Shown in pieces: positions 8,809 to 18,740 of a stretch of DNA of 64,000 nt; position 1 is the stretch's first letter, and every line of letters starts with the position of its first letter. Under the pieces are notes generated by a model, which ran no database searches, was not told the origin of the DNA, and worked only from the letters and a program-made list of their open reading frames with translations. Origin of the DNA: a virus (Duplodnaviria; Caudoviricetes); IMG/VR virus record IMGVR_UViG_3300005264_000079, positions 15,372 through 79,371 of that record; one strand, written 5' to 3'. The translations under genes were made by a program, and so were the position numbers.

Positions 8809-10121
8809 ATTTCCTCCATAAACTCTTTAACATAGGGGTTGATTTTAATATCATTGTGTTTCAACTTTCTCTTCAATCCTATCTTATCCAAATCTCGAAA
8901 CCTACTAAGCATTACATAGACAAGATGTTCAGCAAAAACATTAGTACTAAAATCAACATACCCTTCTTCAAATGTACGTCCTTGACTCTTATGTCCCGTA
9001 AAGGCATAAGCAGAAGTGATGGGGAATTGCTTAAAACTCCCCTTTAACACTTTCTGTAGTTTACCATGTTTAGCTTCATACTTATACTCTTTAAATTCGT
9101 ACCTGTTGATGTGAACATTATTGCCACCAATGTCCACTAAAATTGTGTCAGGATTTATTACTTTCTTAAATATCCCAATAGTACCATTCTGGTAAGCTCC
9201 TGAAGGATCATTCACTAAAAGCATTACTTTAGAATTTTCCTTTACCTCAATATGCTCTGATACAACAAAGTTCTTAGGATCGATATAGCCAATAACATGA
9301 GCATTAAATGCAATAAGAGGAGACTCAATTCTACGCAATTCTTTTTTATTTATGTTATCAACAATATTATTATACGGAGCTACGTAAATACTATTAGGAT
9401 GCTTCTCTTTGTATCGAATATGAGATACCACCCTACTGTTAATCATATTCAGATCGTCTTCAGTTTGAGTTCCCTCTCGTATCCTATTCAATGTATTCTT
9501 ATATTCTATGGAATCCTGTCGATATATTTTATGAAGAATAACCTTTACAAAAGAACCTACATTCTCTTTAAATGTAGGAGAAGCAAAGAAATATGGGTTA
9601 TCACCATAATCCTCTGTATAAAAAGATATTTCATCGCTTGACTTCCCAAGTATAGGTGGAAGTTGATACAAGTCCCCACAACAAACAACTTGCATCCCGC
9701 CAAAATAATCATCACTTTCTTTAGCATCTCTACAAAGCAAGTCCATAGCATCAAAGATATCAGCTCGTGTCATGGAAATTTCATCAATTACTATCCTTTC
9801 TGTATTTTGCAAAATAGCCCTTGTATCAGGATGTAAATTATAGTGATTAGGCTTCTTAGGATGTATTCCTAACTTAAACACAGAATGTATTGTAGCTCCT
9901 TCTATGTTTACAGAAGCTATTCCGGTAGGAGCTAGAAAAAGAGAACTAATCCCATCACGTTTATCTATGGCTTTAATTAGGTTTAGTGTATTGGATTTTC
10001 CACTTCCGGCCTTCCCTAATATCAAACAATTCTTCTTATCCTCATATACTGTTTCTAATACTTTCCCTATCTGTTCATTTATCTCAAGATAAGAAAACTC
10101 TTCTGGTATGTTAATGTTCAA
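8805..10121 (-). CDS. SF1B (Pif1/RecD-like) DNA helicase
   Basis: 'GKAGSGKS', 'LAPTGIA', 'TIHSVF', 'IDEISM', 'GDLYQLPP', 'AFTGHKSQG', 'YVMLSR'. Confidence 0.93.
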   Translation of the reverse strand: MNINIPEEFSYLEINEQIGKVLETVYEDKKNCLILGKAGSGKSNTLNLIKAIDKRDGISSLFLAPTGIASVNIEGATIHSVFKLGIHPKKPNHYNLHPDTRAILQNTERIVIDEISMTRADIFDAMDLLCRDAKESDDYFGGMQVVCCGDLYQLPPILGKSSDEISFYTEDYGDNPYFFASPTFKENVGSFVKVILHKIYRQDSIEYKNTLNRIREGTQTEDDLNMINSRVVSHIRYKEKHPNSIYVAPYNNIVDNINKKELRRIESPLIAFNAHVIGYIDPKNFVVSEHIEVKENSKVMLLVNDPSGAYQNGTIGIFKKVINPDTILVDIGGNNVHINRYEFKEYKYEAKHGKLQKVLKGSFKQFPITSAYAFTGHKSQGRTFEEGYVDFSTNVFAEHLVYVMLSRFRDLDKIGLKRKLKHNDIKINPYVKEFMEEM

Positions 10122-10130
10122 TTATCCCTC

Positions 10131-11138
10131 CTATTCATGATATGTGTAATCTATTAGTACTCTTTTAATATTATCCCACTCTATTTCAGAAAGGTCTTCA
10201 AAGGAAATCGTTTTATTAAAACGTTCTTTTGGAAGAGGTTTTTCTATTCTTTTCCATATAACTTTCTCAATATCTTCCACCCAATAAAGCCGATCACCTC
10301 TATCTTGTTTACTGCTCCCTATCTCTGCTAAAAGCGTTACATCAAAATACTTTTTACCAATTTTAATAATAGTATTTGCTTTATCTTGGTAATAACCTTG
10401 CCCACAATCAAAAAATTCAGCATAATCTTCACTAAAATAATCCTCAATCTGTTCTGTGCATTTAAGATATTCAGGATCTTCTATCACATGATAATCCTTT
10501 TTCAAGTAGCATTCCATACCAATATCTTCTTTAGGAATCACAATAGCATCAATTCTATCTTTTTCTTCTTTAATTGCTTTCCATTTTGCATGAAGAAGTT
10601 TCAAATCTTCTATACTTCTTTCTTCTAATTTTTGAGAATAGTAATTTTCCCTAAAACCAAATTCTCCGATATCTCTAATTAAGTTTTCTTTTTCCAATTT
10701 AGCATTCCTCTTTTCTTTACTAATATCTCTTGCACCATTTTCTATAAGCTTCCTGCCACAAGTATTGCAAACTGTTGAATTTAAACCAGTTTTTGTATAA
10801 ACCAAGGAAAGAGTTTTATCCAATAAACTTTCAAAAGGCATCTTACAATTAGCACATTTTTGATATTTTGCTTCTTTCCTACCTCCAAGCCATGAAGCTA
10901 TAGAAGAAATCTCAAGATGCACGCCTTGAATATTCTCTTGTCTAAGTAGGTTTTTCTTCTTTCTCTTTGCACCATCATCATACTTCATAACCAATTTTAG
11001 AGCCTTTCTTTGTTTTTCATCCATAGCATCAACAGGAATTTTCTTTAGTTCTGACATTTCTTTTTGGCACTTCTCACATTCCATACATGCCGTATTTTTA
11101 TAAATTGTTCCTAAACATTCTTTTTTATTATCTTCCAC
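10131..11138 (-). CDS. Hypothetical protein with several CxxC pairs
   Basis: 335-aa ORF; AGGAGG RBS. Confidence 0.7.
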   Translation of the reverse strand: MEDNKKECLGTIYKNTACMECEKCQKEMSELKKIPVDAMDEKQRKALKLVMKYDDGAKRKKKNLLRQENIQGVHLEISSIASWLGGRKEAKYQKCANCKMPFESLLDKTLSLVYTKTGLNSTVCNTCGRKLIENGARDISKEKRNAKLEKENLIRDIGEFGFRENYYSQKLEERSIEDLKLLHAKWKAIKEEKDRIDAIVIPKEDIGMECYLKKDYHVIEDPEYLKCTEQIEDYFSEDYAEFFDCGQGYYQDKANTIIKIGKKYFDVTLLAEIGSSKQDRGDRLYWVEDIEKVIWKRIEKPLPKERFNKTISFEDLSEIEWDNIKRVLIDYTYHE

Positions 11139-11148
11139 ATATCCCTCC

Positions 11149-12201
11149 TTATAGTTTCTTTATCTCAATTATTCTCTCAACATCTTCAGCAATATTATTG
11201 CAATACATCATATTATCAAAAAGATAGAAGCAGGTATAGTCAGAGTAGACAGATTTAAAATATTCTACAATAATTTCAAACCTCTCTGCTTCTCCTGCAA
11301 GATACTTATCAAGAGGAATCTTTATTCTTGTTTCCTCTGCCCCAGTGTCTCCTTGAGCTACAACTTGCATCTCATTGCTATTCTCGATAACCACTTCAAT
11401 CTTTTTATCCAACTTCTTGTAGTCACTAAGAACAGTATCAATGTGCAGTATGCTTTCTTCCTTATTACAATAGATGGCATATCTAAGATTAAGATTTTCT
11501 TCCACTTCTTCAAAAAGATACTGATAACTAAATATACTATCATTCATCTTATATGTCAATAGGTAATTCCCTTTGGAAAAATAAACAACATTCTCTTCAG
11601 GATTATGGTAGTACCCCTCATACCCCCTATCAGAAATATGTTTAACAACGTCCCACCTAACTGTAAACTCTCCCGTTATCTCCGTAGCAATTTTAACAAA
11701 ATTAAAATTATTAGAAGAGACAATGCCATCAGAGTTGAATACAATGTTTTCTGCATCGGGGTGATCTTTATCATAGAGAGCATATTTCTTAAACTTATTT
11801 AGGACTCCTTCTTCAAACACACTCATTATAGGCTGTTTACTGTGTAGGATGTCTTTATTTGATGTGATGTTTTCACAAGCAAATAAGCTCGTAGAGCGAC
11901 CATGCTTAATGGTGAGGGTCTTATCCCTTTCTTCCATATCGATGAACTCAGCCTTCACCTTCCTTAGTAGATCAAAGAGTTTCTTAGCAGGGATTGCAAT
12001 CTCTCTTGAGCTAATATCAAAATCATTTTTAATAGATGAGGGATAGTTGAAAACGTAACACAAAGAATCAGAATAGCACCAAATTATATTTCGTGACGTG
12101 CTAAAGAAAATATAATTTGCATCAGAAATATAGTTATACTCATTAAAGACTAATTTAAAATGGTTGAGTATGTCTAACAATTCTTTAGTTTTTACTTTCA
12201 A
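11149..12201 (-). CDS. DNA polymerase III beta-subunit-like sliding clamp
   Basis: 350 aa; 'MKVKTKELLDIL', 'IAIPAKKLFDLLRKV', 'IVSSNNFN' resemble the DnaN domain pattern; replication context. Confidence 0.65.
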   Translation of the reverse strand: MKVKTKELLDILNHFKLVFNEYNYISDANYIFFSTSRNIIWCYSDSLCYVFNYPSSIKNDFDISSREIAIPAKKLFDLLRKVKAEFIDMEERDKTLTIKHGRSTSLFACENITSNKDILHSKQPIMSVFEEGVLNKFKKYALYDKDHPDAENIVFNSDGIVSSNNFNFVKIATEITGEFTVRWDVVKHISDRGYEGYYHNPEENVVYFSKGNYLLTYKMNDSIFSYQYLFEEVEENLNLRYAIYCNKEESILHIDTVLSDYKKLDKKIEVVIENSNEMQVVAQGDTGAEETRIKIPLDKYLAGEAERFEIIVEYFKSVYSDYTCFYLFDNMMYCNNIAEDVERIIEIKKL

Positions 12202-12538
12202 GATCTTCCCCCTTAAAATAAATTATTGTTTCAAATGGGTTGTCCCCACCAAGAGAGACATGCTCCCCAAACATAGCAAATAGGCACCACATCTGATCAC
12301 TGTAAAACCCTTCTTCATCCACAGGAATTTCTCTCATTTCTCCTGTAAGTTTATACTTGTAAGATTTGAAAATTCTTTCTCCAAGTGTTGTCAACCTAAC
12401 CTTCACAGTAGCATTCATACTAAGAGACACTAATGGAGAATTTTTTTGAAGTAATCTCTTCAGCAGATCTTCCCTGTTTCCAAAATGTTTTCCATAATCC
12501 CCAATTGAAGGCACTATCTTCAAACTTGTGTTTCTCAC
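12185..12538 (-). CDS. Conserved phage hypothetical protein
   Basis: 'NATVKVRLT..G...QMWCLFAMFG'. Confidence 0.55.
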   Translation of the reverse strand: MRNTSLKIVPSIGDYGKHFGNREDLLKRLLQKNSPLVSLSMNATVKVRLTTLGERIFKSYKYKLTGEMREIPVDEEGFYSDQMWCLFAMFGEHVSLGGDNPFETIIYFKGEDLESKN

Positions 12539-12582
12539 ATGTGTCTATAAAAATTTGTCTTCTCTTTCCCATATTGTTCATC

Positions 12583-12756
12583 TCAAATACGCTCCCAATA
12601 ATCAAAAACTTGCACTAATACACTATCATCTTCTACTAATATCTTTGCTCTTTCCAATGCTTTAGCTCCTATCCCACGAATATACTTCTGCAATTCAATA
12701 CCTTTTAACTCATTAGGAATGCTATCAATTTCTGTCTGTATCTCTGCTATTGTCAT
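12583..12756 (-). CDS. Small hypothetical protein (57 aa, not in ORF track)
   Basis: Read by hand: MTIAEIQTEIDSIPNELKG...WERI; overlaps the upstream stop. Confidence 0.55.
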   Translation of the reverse strand: MTIAEIQTEIDSIPNELKGIELQKYIRGIGAKALERAKILVEDDSVLVQVFDYWERI

Positions 12757-13073
12757 GTTATTTTCCCCTTAACTTTATCCCAGGACATGTGCGTAACCCT
12801 CTCAATAACTGCTACTTTCCCACAATAGGAAGCATATTCTTCTATACCAGCTACACCATAGTGTGTGGTATAGCTCTCATAAGTAGGAAACCCTTTGCAC
12901 CTACAGTAGGCCTCATCCATTAATACATCTTCTATGAGAACGTCTATCATACTATTTCTATCAGACTGTAGTTTAGCGACATCATTAAGTCGATATTTCA
13001 TATTCCCATCAGCATCCAATGAACTGAATGGCTCTAGTCTCTTTAACCCCAACTTCTTGATAATGTTCAGCAT
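12753..13073 (-). CDS. Hypothetical protein
   Basis: ORF track. Confidence 0.55.
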   Translation of the reverse strand: MLNIIKKLGLKRLEPFSSLDADGNMKYRLNDVAKLQSDRNSMIDVLIEDVLMDEAYCRCKGFPTYESYTTHYGVAGIEEYASYCGKVAVIERVTHMSWDKVKGKIT

Positions 13074-13393
13074 TTTATACCAAACAGATTGCCATACTCA
13101 AAAACCAAGACAGAGATAAACGTATTGATTAGCCCATCTTCCATAATACTTGCATCCGCTTTTACCAAAGCAAGGCATTTATCCCGTAAATACTCTGAAG
13201 CACTTTCAATTTCAATCATCAGTAGAGCAAAATCATTGTCTACCAACCCATCAGCGAATGAGCTGTAAAGTGTGCCATTAATAAAGAAATTGTAAACACT
13301 ATCAAACATGGCATTAAACTCCTCACTCCGTTTGCTGAAGAGGAATTCTGAAACAGAAATATCCTGTAATCCTCGTGTACACATTTTAGCCAT
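13067..13393 (-). CDS. Hypothetical protein
   Basis: ORF track. Confidence 0.6.
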   Translation of the reverse strand: MAKMCTRGLQDISVSEFLFSKRSEEFNAMFDSVYNFFINGTLYSSFADGLVDNDFALLMIEIESASEYLRDKCLALVKADASIMEDGLINTFISVLVFEYGNLFGIKC

Positions 13394-13471
13394 TCCCTAT
13401 AATCCATTATTTCTCCCCTTAATTTAACTAATAGTTTATTTTAATACTCACCGGTATAATAATCCCTAATG

Positions 13472-13545
13472 TTTGGTGGAAACACTATATCTGCCAAAGT
13501 ATTTTTTTTTTGGTGGAAACACTATATCTGCCAAAGTATTTTTTT
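13472..13545. repeat. 37-bp tandem duplication over the 3' end of the KH gene
   Basis: tggtggaaacactatatctgccaaagtatttttt at 13474 and 13511. Confidence 0.95.
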
Positions 13546-13824
13546 CAATTTAATTTTAATGTTGAGCTTCTTCTTTAAAGACGCAATTGTTGCCCCCGCT
13601 GGCCCAATAAGCAATTCCGGCTTACACAATGTCACTTCAAACAGCAATTCCGGCTTACACAATGTCACTTCAAACACTTTATCACCTAACTTTTTGCAAT
13701 CAGTAATTCTTAAATTACTTAAGAATTGATACGTATATTCCATGGCTTTATCATATGCATACTTTTCGAGATTCTGCTCTAAAAAGAAATAGCCAATTTT
13801 GTACAATACCTCTTTTTTATCCAT
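13522..13824 (-). CDS. KH-domain (ribosomal protein S3-like, type II) protein
   Basis: 'VTLCKPELLIGPAGATIASLKKKL' aligns by eye with the S3 KH '(T)ARPGxxIGxxGxxIxxL' GxxG loop. Confidence 0.6.
   Translation of the reverse strand: MDKKEVLYKIGYFFLEQNLEKYAYDKAMEYTYQFLSNLRITDCKKLGDKVFEVTLCKPELLFEVTLCKPELLIGPAGATIASLKKKLNIKIKLKKILWQI
13610..13676. repeat. Perfect 33-bp in-frame tandem duplication (FEVTLCKPELL x2)
   Basis: agcaattccggcttacacaatgtcacttcaaac x2. Confidence 0.95.
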
Positions 13825-13852
13825 TATTATCTCCTCACTTTAGTCTTACTTA

Positions 13853-13881
13853 AATATACACCCGATTTAATTATTTGTCAA
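13853..13881 (-). promoter_or_regulatory. sigma70-type promoter for the KH gene
   Basis: TTGACA-17-TATATT. Confidence 0.75.
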
Positions 13882-13884
13882 CCC

Positions 13885-14514
13885 TTAAATAATTCCTTTT
13901 ACAGCTCCTATTAACACCTTAACAAATGGGACATACTTAGGGCCGTGATATATTGTAAAGGCATAATCTAATGTCATGTTGGGAATCCTCTTCCCCGCCC
14001 TGTAATTACCCAAACCCCAATTATATGCTGTAAATGCTCCAAGCCAATCATTGCCTAATCTTGTATACAGGTATTTCAAGTAAGCCGCTCCAATGTAAAT
14101 ATTCTGTTCTTTATCATAGAAGTTGATAGGGTGCCCATTATTAAACTTATTGGCAAAGTATGCCTTATTGCTTGAATTGAGCTGAGAATACCCTATCGAA
14201 ACACTACCATTTGTCTCATACCTTACAGCATTGGGATTCATCTTGCTCTCAATGTAATGTAGTCTATATAAGTACTTAAGTGGAATATCAAATTCTACAC
14301 ACACATTTTTAATAATTTCCCTATCTTCCCATGGATATCGCCAAAGATAGTAATCATCTTCACATGTAATCCATTCATCAGCAATTCCCACATCCCACGA
14401 AATGTATTCTGCTTCGTAAGAATCACTTGAGATGAAAGGGGCTTTACTATATGTAAGCATAACACCTGTCATTATTGTAATAGCTATTATTATCTTTCTC
14501 ATTTTAATCTCCAT
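13885..14514 (-). CDS. Lytic transglycosylase (SLT domain) with N-terminal signal/anchor
   Basis: 'HYIESKMNPNA', 'SIGYSQLN', 'NIYIGAAYL', 'AFTAYNWG'; hydrophobic MRKIIIAITIMTGVML (start may be 14502). Confidence 0.88.
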   Translation of the reverse strand: MEIKMRKIIIAITIMTGVMLTYSKAPFISSDSYEAEYISWDVGIADEWITCEDDYYLWRYPWEDREIIKNVCVEFDIPLKYLYRLHYIESKMNPNAVRYETNGSVSIGYSQLNSSNKAYFANKFNNGHPINFYDKEQNIYIGAAYLKYLYTRLGNDWLGAFTAYNWGLGNYRAGKRIPNMTLDYAFTIYHGPKYVPFVKVLIGAVKGII

Positions 14515-14550
14515 AAATAAAAAATCCTCCTATGGGCTTATAGGAGGATT
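14515..14550 (-). terminator. Intrinsic terminator hairpin after the Mom operon
   Basis: aatcctcctat-gggctt-ataggaggatt perfect 11-bp stem followed by T-rich tract on minus strand. Confidence 0.75.
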
Positions 14551-14576
14551 ATATCGTATTAAATTTATCTTGTCAA
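14548..14576 (-). promoter_or_regulatory. Perfect consensus sigma70 promoter overlapping the terminator
   Basis: TTGACA-17-TATAAT. Confidence 0.85.
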
Positions 14577-15325
14577 TTAGTTTTTCTCTTCGGATATGGT
14601 TTTAATTTAAAACCTATATTCTGTAGCATTATTTTATTTTCTTTTTTATTTCCTATTAACTTTATATACCTTGATTTAGCATTTCTTTGCCTTATTGTTA
14701 GCTCTGGCTTATCTTTGATAAATTCCTGCATCTTTACTTTACCACTAAACCCATATTTTTTAAAAATGTCCCTATCATTCATATACAACTTTCCACTACT
14801 GTAATATAAGTCATAGTGCTTATGCTCTGTATGCCCCATATAGGCCCAATTAGTAGCTTGATATACTGTACCTATCTCCCCCGCTTCTGGGTCAGAGAAT
14901 GCTATTACATACTTGTACCCTTGCTTAGCCATTTCACGTAAGCCATACCCAATCAATTTACTGGCTGAATGTGGGTGTGCCCACCAAGTACATGCTCCTC
15001 GTGATAATTGTACTCCCTTCTTCTTATACTCTTCCCCAACAGGGTAGGCATTTCTGTTCATAGCTTGAAAGTAGCCAAAACAAATAGTCCCTGCCAGCAC
15101 ATTATCATAGAAAATACCATAATGTTTTTGTGTGGTACCCATTGTCCCTAACCATTCATACTCTAAGATAATTTTTTTAGATTCTTCAAAAGTTATTTCT
15201 TTACAAATGGCTTTCTTTATATCCACATCTTTAGGGATACTTGCTGACTGAACACTTTCTTTTTGTTTTGCTTCCCTAATTACCCTTTGATGAGCTTTAC
15301 CTACGTCTAACACTTCATTATTCAC
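14573..15325 (-). CDS. Mom-like adenine modification enzyme (GNAT fold)
   Basis: 'YEWLGTMG', 'LAGTICFG', 'QLSRGAC', 'VIAFSDPEAGEIGTVYQATNWAYMG' resemble the Mu Mom family. Confidence 0.8.
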   Translation of the reverse strand: MNNEVLDVGKAHQRVIREAKQKESVQSASIPKDVDIKKAICKEITFEESKKIILEYEWLGTMGTTQKHYGIFYDNVLAGTICFGYFQAMNRNAYPVGEEYKKKGVQLSRGACTWWAHPHSASKLIGYGLREMAKQGYKYVIAFSDPEAGEIGTVYQATNWAYMGHTEHKHYDLYYSSGKLYMNDRDIFKKYGFSGKVKMQEFIKDKPELTIRQRNAKSRYIKLIGNKKENKIMLQNIGFKLKPYPKRKTN

Positions 15326-15927
15326 ATCAACTCCCGTATATCTTTCCTAATGTCAAACCTATGCTTGTATTCTTTTTGCACATCAGCATTGTTAGAAAAA
15401 ATACACCAAGAATATGTGGACATCCCACCAAACTTAATCTTATCAAGTGCGTCCGTCATAAAAAACTTTGGGAAACATCTAATAGACCCAAGAAAGAAAT
15501 CCTGTGAAAAAAACTTCTCATTCATGATGGTATAATTATCAACATTAGAAGGCATGATAATAGCTACCAATTTAGCCATCTCTAATGATTTTAAAATGAA
15601 TTCATTCTTCATTGTGTAAGGAGGGTTGCAAACAATAACATCCACATCTATGTTTTCCATTGTGAGGAAATCCTCATTGTAATCCCACCCATCATAAAAT
15701 AAATCATTTGCAATGACAGAGCTGTGAAAGTGCTTATCCAATACCTTAGTAATTGCTCCCTCTCCTGCACAAGGATCAAACACAGTGATCTGATCTGCTG
15801 TAGTGAGGTTTAGTTCCCTTAACCCTTCAACAAGAGCCTCAGTACAAGCATATGGAGTCTGGTAAAAATCTTTCTGATTCTCAAGATCCGTTTTTAGTTT
15901 TCTGTGAACAACATCAGTTAGTGCCAT
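15322..15927 (-). CDS. Amino-(N6-adenine) DNA methyltransferase, small
   Basis: 'DFYQTP', SAM-binding 'VFDPCAGEGAI', catalytic 'CNPPY'. Confidence 0.85.
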   Translation of the reverse strand: MALTDVVHRKLKTDLENQKDFYQTPYACTEALVEGLRELNLTTADQITVFDPCAGEGAITKVLDKHFHSSVIANDLFYDGWDYNEDFLTMENIDVDVIVCNPPYTMKNEFILKSLEMAKLVAIIMPSNVDNYTIMNEKFFSQDFFLGSIRCFPKFFMTDALDKIKFGGMSTYSWCIFSNNADVQKEYKHRFDIRKDIRELM

Positions 15928-17100
15928 TTATTTCTCCTTCCCAATTCTACTTGCATACCGCTGGTACCCCATAGAAAAACTACCATCCTGCTCTTCTGGT
16001 AATTCAGCCCCTATCCAATTGATTTCTTCTTCATTACAAGCTACTGCTGTGGTAAAACTACCCAAATAAGGGTCGAGGCAAATACCATCTTTAACCGTCA
16101 CTAATCTAATTAAATATTTCACTAATTCTGTAGGTTTAACTGTTGGATGTATATTATTTTCACCTCTATCTTTCTTGCTGGCTTTTGCACAGTAAAAAAA
16201 CCTTGAAGCTGAATTATTTTTTTCATCTAAGTGCAAAGTTCGTTCTTTAGGAGCCTTTACCTTTCCTCCCACGTAGGAGGATTGCCAACCACTCTTATTA
16301 TCAGATTTACACTTAGCTTGTTTAACAGTTTCAGGAAATAGTTTCACAACTTCCTCGCTACCATCATGAATCAGGTTAGCTGGCCATCTTCCGTCTAAAC
16401 TACCACCAATAGTAGCTTTTGTAACAGATTTAGTCATACTCTGTCCGTCGTACATAGTCTTTTTACTATTAACATTAGTTTTACCTTGTGCTAATTGTGG
16501 TATCGGAGGATTTTCAGGAGAGTATTCAATCTTACAGTTACCAATATTTATCCCTCCTGTTCCCCACCTTAAAACATTCTTAACAATTGTTTTTTCTGAT
16601 AATGGTTTTCTTGCTACTGTGATAGGTTCTAATGCTGGCTTCAGAGCTGTCCCCCACCCGTCCCATAATTGAGCTTCTTCTTCCAATTCTTCTGATTTAG
16701 ACATGGTTTTGCTAATGTTATGGCTCTTAGGCATTCCACTCCCATATACCCATGCAATCATATCACGAATTTCAAAACCTGCATCTTCAATATTACAAGC
16801 CATTCTATGTTGCGTTCTAGTTCCTGCAAAAGATAACAGATACCCTCCGGGTTTTAATACTCTAAGAACCTCTTCCCAAAGTTCTACTTTAGGAATTTCA
16901 TAGTCCCATTTCTTTCCCATAAACTTAAGCCCATAAGGAGGATCAGTAACTACAGAGTCAATGCAGTTATCTGGGAGTAGCCTAATAAAATCTAAGTTAT
17001 TTCCTTCATAAGCTGTATTCACTTCCCAATCTCTACCATCTTTTAATTTAATAACTTTTTTTGCCTCATTGGAAACAGAATCCTTTCCTTCTTCACTCAT
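15928..17100 (-). CDS. N4/N6 DNA methyltransferase (beta-class order)
   Basis: 'VVTDPPY', 'HPTVKP', 'CLDPYLGSFTT'. Confidence 0.9.
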   Translation of the reverse strand: MSEEGKDSVSNEAKKVIKLKDGRDWEVNTAYEGNNLDFIRLLPDNCIDSVVTDPPYGLKFMGKKWDYEIPKVELWEEVLRVLKPGGYLLSFAGTRTQHRMACNIEDAGFEIRDMIAWVYGSGMPKSHNISKTMSKSEELEEEAQLWDGWGTALKPALEPITVARKPLSEKTIVKNVLRWGTGGINIGNCKIEYSPENPPIPQLAQGKTNVNSKKTMYDGQSMTKSVTKATIGGSLDGRWPANLIHDGSEEVVKLFPETVKQAKCKSDNKSGWQSSYVGGKVKAPKERTLHLDEKNNSASRFFYCAKASKKDRGENNIHPTVKPTELVKYLIRLVTVKDGICLDPYLGSFTTAVACNEEEINWIGAELPEEQDGSFSMGYQRYASRIGKEK

Positions 17101-17292
17101 TTATTTCTCCTTCTTTTTTGTATATAGCGTTCCGTGCCATAGTATTGTGTCATAGAATTCTTTATTGTGCAATACCACTTCTCGACATCTTCTACAATAA
17201 ATATGCCCTGCCGGCATTCTAAACTGATCCATAACATTATTTCCACATTTTTTACACAACAACGGTGTATACCCTACTGGGGGTTCTTTCAT
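17101..17292 (-). CDS. Small zinc-ribbon protein
   Basis: CKKC...CRRC. Confidence 0.55.
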   Translation of the reverse strand: MKEPPVGYTPLLCKKCGNNVMDQFRMPAGHIYCRRCREVVLHNKEFYDTILWHGTLYTKKKEK

Positions 17293-18740
17293 AAATCCTC
17301 CAATTCTGTTAAATCATCTTCATCAAATTCTGTGTTATGTAAAACATCATTGTAGTTAGAAACAGTATTTAACCATCTGCTGTCCATTATAGCCCGCCCT
17401 TTGTCCAGACATTGTAATACTAACACAGACCCGGAATATTTGGAATGTCTGCCAGAACATGTTATCCGTAGTAATCCCTTCTCACGCTCTTCTTTGGTCT
17501 GATTTAAAGAAATAAGTAAAGAAGCATGACTGAACAAACTATAAGCTTCGGAAATACTGGACTCATCATTTGTGTCATGCTTTAATGCTTCTCTATTATA
17601 TTGTACAGGAGAAAACACAAGTAGGTTTAAATCCTGGGCAATTTCACGTTTAATTTCCAAAGCAATATTATCTAAAGCATGTCTTTTTTCCTTTGTCCCA
17701 AAAGTTTTAATCAAGTTCAATTGGTCAATGAAGATAACATCAAATTTAATCCCATCATACTCTTCAGCGTTTAAAATTGTGTTCTTAATAGCTTCCACAG
17801 TATTTCCTGATGTTGTACCATCATAGACCATAAGTTTACCATTACCACTCTCCTTTCTAAATGCATTATATTTACGTTTAACTTTCCTTTCACTTAATGT
17901 TGGGATTACCTCTTTCTTAAATTTCAAATTGTTATGCTCATTAAAATAAGGTACATACACTTTATCTTTAAGATGTTTAAAAGACCCTCCCCCAATATTC
18001 TGTCCGAATCTGCGATTCATCAGTTTGGTGGACATTTCCAGAGTCCACCACCCAACATTTAGTCCTTCTCTAACGCACATTAGAGCAAGTTCCATAGAAG
18101 TCCAAGTTTTACTGGCTTTACTGGGGCCACCAATATAACAAAGATCTCCGGGGTATACTTCTTCTAATAATTCCCCTAAAGCTCCGGGGATAGAAAATAC
18201 AGAATTTTCTTGAATAAACATTTCTTCTACAGCATCCATATCTTCTAATATACTTACACCTACAACATCATTTTTCACTTTACGCTTAAAGTCATTGTGA
18301 ATGCTCTCTGCTTCCTCTATTTTCCCCTGAGAAACAAGTCCCTTCACTTTCTCAGCATTGTCCTCTAATGATCTACCTCTGATGTACTTTTCTGTTTGAG
18401 CAAAAATAAAGGCATAATCAAATTTACCTTCTTCTTCAATATACCTCTCATTTATCTCTTCCAATGTCCCTTCAATCAATTCAACAATTTCATCATCTTG
18501 TAAATTGCTTGCTTCAGCTTTAAAGATTTCCAATATTGTTTCATTAGGAGCCTTTTCATACATTTTGTAATAACCAAGACACCAATTAACAATTGTTCTG
18601 ATAAACTTTGACTTAAGCAATTCCAAATCATTTGCAATAAGGAGCTTAAAATCTCTTAAAAATTTATCATTAACAATGCATCCAGTAGCTATGTTTAGTT
18701 CCTGATCTAATGATATTTTTCTACGACTGTATTTTGCCAT
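17289..18740 (-). CDS. dnaB: DnaB-like replicative helicase
   Basis: Walker A 'GGPSKASKT', 'TLEMS', 'FIDQLNLI', 'PVQYNR', 'ISEAY', 'GRHS'. Confidence 0.82.
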   Translation of the reverse strand: MAKYSRRKISLDQELNIATGCIVNDKFLRDFKLLIANDLELLKSKFIRTIVNWCLGYYKMYEKAPNETILEIFKAEASNLQDDEIVELIEGTLEEINERYIEEEGKFDYAFIFAQTEKYIRGRSLEDNAEKVKGLVSQGKIEEAESIHNDFKRKVKNDVVGVSILEDMDAVEEMFIQENSVFSIPGALGELLEEVYPGDLCYIGGPSKASKTWTSMELALMCVREGLNVGWWTLEMSTKLMNRRFGQNIGGGSFKHLKDKVYVPYFNEHNNLKFKKEVIPTLSERKVKRKYNAFRKESGNGKLMVYDGTTSGNTVEAIKNTILNAEEYDGIKFDVIFIDQLNLIKTFGTKEKRHALDNIALEIKREIAQDLNLLVFSPVQYNREALKHDTNDESSISEAYSLFSHASLLISLNQTKEEREKGLLRITCSGRHSKYSGSVLVLQCLDKGRAIMDSRWLNTVSNYNDVLHNTEFDEDDLTELEDL

